Shown here one piece after another: positions 58,111 to 64,000 of a stretch of 64,000 nt of DNA. The stretch spans positions 15,872,001-15,936,000 of the forward strand of contig CM120641.1 of the NCBI GenBank assembly GCA_051362555.1, in the 5' to 3' direction. The stretch's first letter is position 1. Every line of letters starts with the position of its first letter. This DNA is from Lingula anatina (Eukaryota > Animalia > Brachiopoda). Made by a program: the position numbers and the translations under genes. The notes below the pieces were generated by a model. The model did no database searches and had not been told where the DNA came from. It saw nothing but the letters and a program-made list of their open reading frames with translations.

Positions 58111-58335
58111 GGTGTATTCCCAGAGATTTAGATCAATCCAGAGATTAAGATTTAGATTGACCTAACTCCATAGGGGTTCACGCTAAATTGAAGTCAGCCG
58201 AGCGTGCACCATAGTTAATTACCCCCTTACAGCTTTTAGTAGGTGGGACAGACGCTTAAGCTGGCTAAGCTGACAGTAATCTAGTGAGACTCCCCACAGG
58301 GATAGAACGATCTAAAATCTATGGAAATGGGATCT
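58111..58335. mobile_element. MITE family B, copy 2
   Basis: Shares GATTGACCTAACTCC..GGGGTTCACGCTAAATTG and TAGTGAGACTCCCCA with 51247-51493; TAA flanks. Confidence 0.7.
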
Positions 58336-59199
58336 TAAAGACCACTTCTACTAATTTCTTATACGACTCAAATAAATTTGACATGTGAAGGGATAAACTG
58401 AAAAGATCACTCAATCAGCCGTAAAAGAGCTTTAGACTGCTTGTTTCTTTAAATTTTAGTGACCTACTTTTCTGCCTCATTGACATACAGCATCGAATGC
58501 TAGCAAAAAAATCCATTCAGACATTTTCAGGTAAAATTAAACAATGCCTTCTGGTAATTCTCTTAGTTAAACTACTTGAAACTATATGCTGGCATTTGGT
58601 TGGCTTTTGTGGCAAAAATTCACTTTATATGCATCTTTAAATCTTGGTAGCGTTTGACCCAAAGTTTTTAACGAGCCTCACAAGGGCCATGGAGAAGATA
58701 AATTGTAAGTCAACCATGTTTTTACCCTCATGAAATGTTAAATAAATAAACAAAAAGCAGATTATAAATAAGATTGTTTATTAAATCTTGTATTATACAC
58801 ATGAAAATTGATAATTTGCAAATTTATTCTTGCAAACGTTATATAAAAGATAGAACATTAATAAATAGAATATGACAAAGTCAATGAGAATGGAAATCCC
58901 TCGAAAGCAATGACAGCACCAGCCCTTGGTTTCACAAGGAGGGTCTTCCCTAAGAAATGAGATCTTGGGATGTGCCAAAATTGCCAAAGTGAAAGCAAAG
59001 TATGTGTGGATGATGCCAAGACAATTTTAATATCAATTGTTATTGTTTTTTATTCACATTTTATACCCCTCCTTTCAAGACAAAGGATACCACGGAAAAG
59101 TTTTTTTCCAGAAATAAATGGGTGACAAAGTATCTGTGGGAGAATAGAGAGACATGAACGATATTAGACATGTAGATCATGGAAAAAAAATGTACTCAA

Positions 59200-60850
59200 T
59201 GGCACAAAAAAAAGAGACCCTTTCAGTCTAATATAAAGTTATCAGTTGCATGAAGTTCTTTCATGTAGTGTAATTGATGAATCAATGAGTGTGAACCATA
59301 AAAAGGTATTGACTGTTCTAGTCAACTTCTTCAAGGAGCAGGGTGAAATTGTGGTAGAACATTTATCATAATTGGAGTTAACGGTGGCTAAAGCAGACTC
59401 TCTTTTCCAAGGATTATGTCAGCTCTTTGAACAAAAGCAACTTCTATGGTGTAAACTTGTGTCAATTATGATGGATAGTTGTGGAGTGATGCATGGTTCA
59501 AAATCTGGCCTGGAGGTACAAATCCAAAACAAGAAAGCCAGCCACTTGCTTGACATAGATGGTGATTCCTGTCACCATATGCATAGGTAATTTAGAGAGC
59601 CTCTTTACACATATCTACACTGACCACAAATCCTCACCAGATTTGCGGCAGACTATGGCAGAGATCCGCATATTATGATCTATCATCCACGTTGCAGCAG
59701 ATGTCTACATTCAATGGAATTGGCTATCATGTTTTGATGTGAGCCAAAACATCACTCGATTGCTGGATGCTTACGAAGTTTTCTATCACTCATTCTTGCC
59801 CTCTGCAGATAAGGGCTTGTATTTAAAAAGCCTATCATAGATGCCATGTTTGAGAGGATGGATATACCAGTAGGCACAAAAGCACGCCAAAAAATCAAGG
59901 AGATCCAGCAAAGGCTACAACAGAAAGCGTTGACAGAAGATGGAAAAAAACAGATATATGAGAAACTTATCTTCTAAAGTCTCACTACCGAGCTGATCCT
60001 CTGGGTTGGAAATTTTGAAGAAATGTATTCCTCTTTCAGTCCAAGCAACCAGTGATCCACAACCTCCATGATCAACACTTGTTGTTCAAAGGTAAGTAGT
60101 GTCCCTTAAGAAGCTTCAGATTGAAAATGAAGAAAATCATCTACCTATTGCTGAGTTGTCACTTGGAAAAAAAGCAACCAAAATTGTAGAAAAGGTTCTA
60201 AAGGAGGATAAACATGACAGTACCATCAATGACTTTTTGCTTAAGGCAAAGAAAACCTTTGTTGGCTGTGCCTCATATCTCCAACACAAACTGCCACTGG
60301 AAAATGAAGTCCTCCAGTGTGCCTCTGCACTGGACCCTATTGCAAGGGGGCACACAGTCACCTTAAAAGAGTTGAAAAAGTTCCCAAAACTTGTGAAAGT
60401 ACTGACAACTGAAGAGGCCGTGTACAATCGTAAAGTCCATAAGCTGCAGTCTAGTTCCACTGTACCCCCAACAACTGGACCTGATGGCAAACCAGTGTGT
60501 CCAGATCACTAGTTGGGACAAGCAAAGTCAAAAGTGTGGCAGGGGCGGATTTAGGCCGTCTTCTGGGTCTTCTGGAAGACGGTCAGATTTTCAAGTTTAC
60601 CTTGACGGGTATCTATTTTTTTTCTGTTGGAAGACGGTCAGAATTGGAGGATGAATCAACAAAGATAATTTGGAAGACTGTCATTAAATAGATCTGGATC
60701 CGCCCCTGTGTGGGCAATATGGCACTTGCTGTTCTCACATGCTTTCATGGTGCTCAGGTTGAAAGCAGCTTTAGGGTCATGAACCACATTGTAGATTACA
60801 AGTCTGGTGACATCAGGACTGACACCTACAGTGCCATCCAGACAATACAA
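59200..60850 (+). pseudogene. Decayed hAT-like DDE transposase (stops, frameshifts, nested MITE)
   Basis: Motifs in order: VIDES (first catalytic D) ...VEHLS*LELT...SIMMDSCGVMHGSKSGLE (second D) ...DIDGDSCHHMH (CxxH) ...WLSCFD (RW-like) ...ALAVLTCFHGAQVESSFRVM (C-terminal E/dimerisation motif). Confidence 0.78.
60540..60708. mobile_element. ~169-bp MITE with CAGGGGCGGAT termini and a 5-bp TSD, copy 2, inserted in the hAT-like transposase
   Basis: TIRs CAGGGGCGGAT / ATCCGCCCCTG; perfect TGTGG direct repeat at 60535-60539 and 60709-60713. Confidence 0.88.
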
Positions 60851-61414
60851 TTTCTGGGGTATAGGCACTCATAAATGACAGTGAGTTTGCCTCTTTACTC
60901 TAAGTCATTGAAAGAAAATGTCCTTAAAATAAAGCCTCACAAGTCCTTGTGTTAGCCCTATATATACATTGCTGTTTGTATAGTGTATTGGTGTTCACAT
61001 TTGTTTGCATATTCACTTTGGGATTAGCAAAATTATAATCTTGTGATATCATATGATAATGGTATGCAGATGAGTGACATCAGTGCTTTTTCCATGTTGT
61101 AAGAATACACTTACAGACTGAATTTTGTGTTGCCTTTATTCCTCATAATCTCTCATACAAAAGCATCACAGTATGAACCATGCTTCATGGCGCAAAGAAG
61201 TCTGTTACTTAGAAACTGAGGCTTGTTCTGTGCTCATCCCAAAATAGTATTCTTCTTTGGTTTAATAAAACAAGGGATGTCCCTTAGCCTAAATCATCAA
61301 TCTTTCCTTCAGAAATTACTGATTGCTGACAGTGGGCATCTTCACAAACTGGAAACGGATCATCCATCATTGCTTGTATAACAGGTATATACCGTGGCAT
61401 GTGCTCCCATGCAT

Positions 61415-62529
61415 TCAAGGGTTACTTTGTTCTATTTCATTCATAAATGCTGATAAATCATCATATTCTTTTTGAATGGCATGCTCTTTGCCCATTTCCT
61501 GTAGTTGTTCCTCTTCCTCCTCATCTTCCTCCTCTTCTTCTTGTTCCTCCTCGTGACCTTCTACAAACAGGAAAAAGATGGGTCTTTATATATTCACTCC
61601 AATTTTCATAAATTATGTCAAAGAGCAGTTAATATTATAATTACTCTGATAGACAAGTTTCTCAACTGTGCTTTTCCACATATTCTGCTAATTTCAGTTA
61701 CAAATTGTCATGCTCACCAAGTGCAGTGTTGACTGCTAATTGTAAATCTTCATGTGAATATTCTTGTACTTCATCATCCTGTAATGAAATGAAAGGCACA
61801 TCACCATATGGACACTGATCAGTCTTATATAAATTCTTACCAAATAAAATTTTTACAAATTTTTAAATACATAACTTTCTTTTATTTCTATCCAGACGTG
61901 ACAGAAACAATCTTACTATTCATTTCAGGCTCTTCACAATCTTACAATTCATTGCAAACTGTATGTCAAATGAAACTAATACATTGAAAATGATATGGAA
62001 CCAAACCTTAAGATCTTCACATTTAACTGGCATGTGCTGGGAACGTATCTGACTGAGAATTGCCAACTCTTCAACCTGAAGGTGTAAGATTTTGTTTAAT
62101 TTTTTTTTCAGTAACAAGTACAGAATAGAGAGATTACTCCACTGACATACGTTGCATTGTATGGACTATTTGCTAACTCGTGGGACTTCATACAATGCCC
62201 AGAGTCCTTTTCCCTTGCGAAGAGATTACAGAGCCACCCAGTTATCCCCGACAGTTTCACAAAGTTTAACAAACCATTCTGCATACAAGATGTCTCTACT
62301 CTACATTTTCACAAAGTGCACTCAGCTATCACTGTCATCTTGATTGGTTAATGAATCTTAAAAGCAAATAAAGCAAATAAAAAGAATACCACATTAGTCT
62401 GCAATAATGCATAATACCCAATCAAAATCGATTCAATCAATCAAGGTTACAGCCAAGCATGTCACTAGTTAACGTTAGTGAAAGTCTTTCATTTCTGTCA
62501 AAACTAACGTTTAGCAATTGCCCAGGCTT

Positions 62530-62584
<55 letters not shown>

Positions 62585-63047
62585 CCGTTTTATCAGGGAG
62601 TAACTCCCTGGTTTTATATAAAACAATTCTTTATATAAAACCAGGGAGTTCCTCCCTGATAAGACGGAGGCAAAACCATGGGGGGGGGGGGGGGGGGTCA
62701 GGGGATTTACACGTACTGTATCATGTGCACGCACTTAACCAGGTTATTTTACGTCTTTTGCTGTACTTTTCACCCTGCTTATAGCTCAAGAGCCTGCAAA
62801 AAAAGCTAGGCAGGGAACCACTCTAGAACAAACATAACCTTGATAACATACTATTCACAGAGCGCCTACGCACTTAGACATGGCCACTGAAGACAGTAGC
62901 ATTTCGGACACTTAATGCGTTAAGATACGTTTATTTTCTTACCTTTAAACTATTCAGATGACGACTTAATTTGCTTGCAATATTCATCATAACTTTTTCT
63001 TCCTCTTTCAATATCTGCAACTCTCGTAGCTTTTTACTTGCGCTCAT
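61415..63047 (-). CDS. SNAPC5: snRNA-activating protein complex subunit 5 (SNAP19), 126 aa; complement(join(61415..61560,61718..61778,62007..62075,62943..63047))
   Basis: MSASKKLRELQILKEEEKVMMNIASKLSRHLNSLK|VEELAILSQI matches the SNAPC5 N-terminal zipper (human L.ELRKEEETL...L.DQLNRLKVEELAL) and is followed by a poly-Glu acidic tail as in SNAPC5. All introns are GT-AG, 381 nt in frame. AATAAA on the minus strand at 61135-61140. Confidence 0.88.
62533..62580. repeat. (TA)n microsatellite in SNAPC5 intron 1
   Basis: About 24 units seen directly. Confidence 0.95.
62582..62670. mobile_element. Short near-perfect palindrome (mini-MITE, possibly Academ-type TAG..CTA family)
   Basis: CCTCCGTTTTATCAGGGAGTAACTCCCTGGTTTTATATAAA / TTTATATAAAACCAGGGAGTTCCTCCCTGATAAGACGGAGG. 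Confidence 0.6.
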
Positions 63048-63572
63048 TTTACTGTATTTTCCTTATCGGACTAGAACACAAGGGTCGTCTACATTAAACA
63101 AAACATTGCCGCTAGATGTCAGTAAATATCAAGACGAGCTTAATTCAATTTAATGGTGAGTTTCGGTAATAATAACTTAATTTTTTTTTTTGAAAAATAA
63201 TACTCTATTTTTTTTAGTTTACTAAAGGTACATATGAAGCGAGCGTTGATTTCCTGTACCCTATATAAATCACTACTACCAGAAAAAAAGTTTAAAGCTT
63301 TGTTTTCTTCAAATTTGACCAACTTGTCTCCCCAGTTCATGAGAGTTCAACAAATGATGTAATAATGTATGACACATTACTGCTGCACTAGAAATGAATC
63401 GTCATTCAGTGAGAGTTGGCGAAAAAAAAAACTTATGGTTATACATAACACATAAAGAAAGCTGAAAACATCTGTTCAAATTTTTTTTTCTATATTTTTC
63501 TTCATCCAAAAGTTATTACTGTACTACATGTAATGCATCCTGTGATCAAAAACAAGCAGATAACAAAATTAG

Positions 63573-64000
63573 AACTAGAGGATCAGAGAGGCGATACCGC
63601 CTCCGGATATTGTACCACCAGCTGGAGTAAGCGCATTCGTATGGACCCCCCCCCCCTCCTAAAAGGGACACCATCACCAGTCTTGTGTTTGAGAAGCTCT
63701 ATAAGATGCAATCAACAAGAGTTCTCAAAATATGCAAAAAAATATAACTAAAAATGGTACAATCAAGCAGATTTTCGAATTGACTTGCATTTTCCTACCC
63801 TTGATCACTACTGTATTCTCTAGACAAAAGGCCTATTGGTTTTCCTTGAAATGTGTTGTCAATGGTGCATATATGCTGACAAAAGAGAAAACCTTGGGGA
63901 AACAATGGGCACATCTCTGCTAGTTTTAAAGATATGAGAGGCAAGAAAATATGCAAAGCTCAGTTCATGGTGAAAAAGTAGGTCAAAGGTCAATTTCAAT
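63573..64000 (-). mobile_element. Probable Helentron/HINE-type element running off the window end
   Basis: Begins AACTAGAG (CTAGTT terminus on the minus strand), followed by the hairpin GAGGCG-ATAC-CGCCTC. Contains GGTCAAAGGTCA, typical of HINE internal repeats. Confidence 0.45.

Noticed and set aside
60137-60490. 117-aa minus-strand ORF
   Set aside because: Antisense shadow of the decayed transposase frame.

Overview
AT-rich, intron-containing animal (invertebrate, probably lophotrochozoan-type) genomic DNA; most entries in the ORF track are spurious. By reading splice sites and checking frames by hand I reconstruct five complete spliced genes. These are TMEM184B (+, 7 coding exons, 9675-15412), a divergent tachykinin-receptor-family GPCR (+, 5 exons, 23547-39048), a LYSMD1/2-type LysM protein (-, 3 exons, 47192-55760), TFIIA-gamma/GTF2A2 (+, 4 exons, 56027-57424, head-to-head with LYSMD across 266 bp) and SNAPC5/SNAP19 (-, 4 exons, 61415-63047). 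GTF2A2 is absent from the ORF track and SNAPC5 almost so. Mobile DNA includes a 4.8-kb non-autonomous Mutator-like element with ~330-bp modular TIRs and a perfect 9-bp TSD (361-5168), Helentron-type HINEs, several palindromic MITE families, a Tc1 transposase remnant and a decayed hAT-like transposase carrying a nested MITE with a 5-bp TSD. The most notable observations are a His at the conserved Na+-pocket position 3.39 of the GPCR, the LYSMD-GTF2A2-SNAPC5 cluster, sharp CpG-depleted versus CpG-retaining domains, and a tandem duplication that preserves filled and empty MITE sites. I see no convincing evidence for a wholly new biological system; the candidates are ranked in findings.
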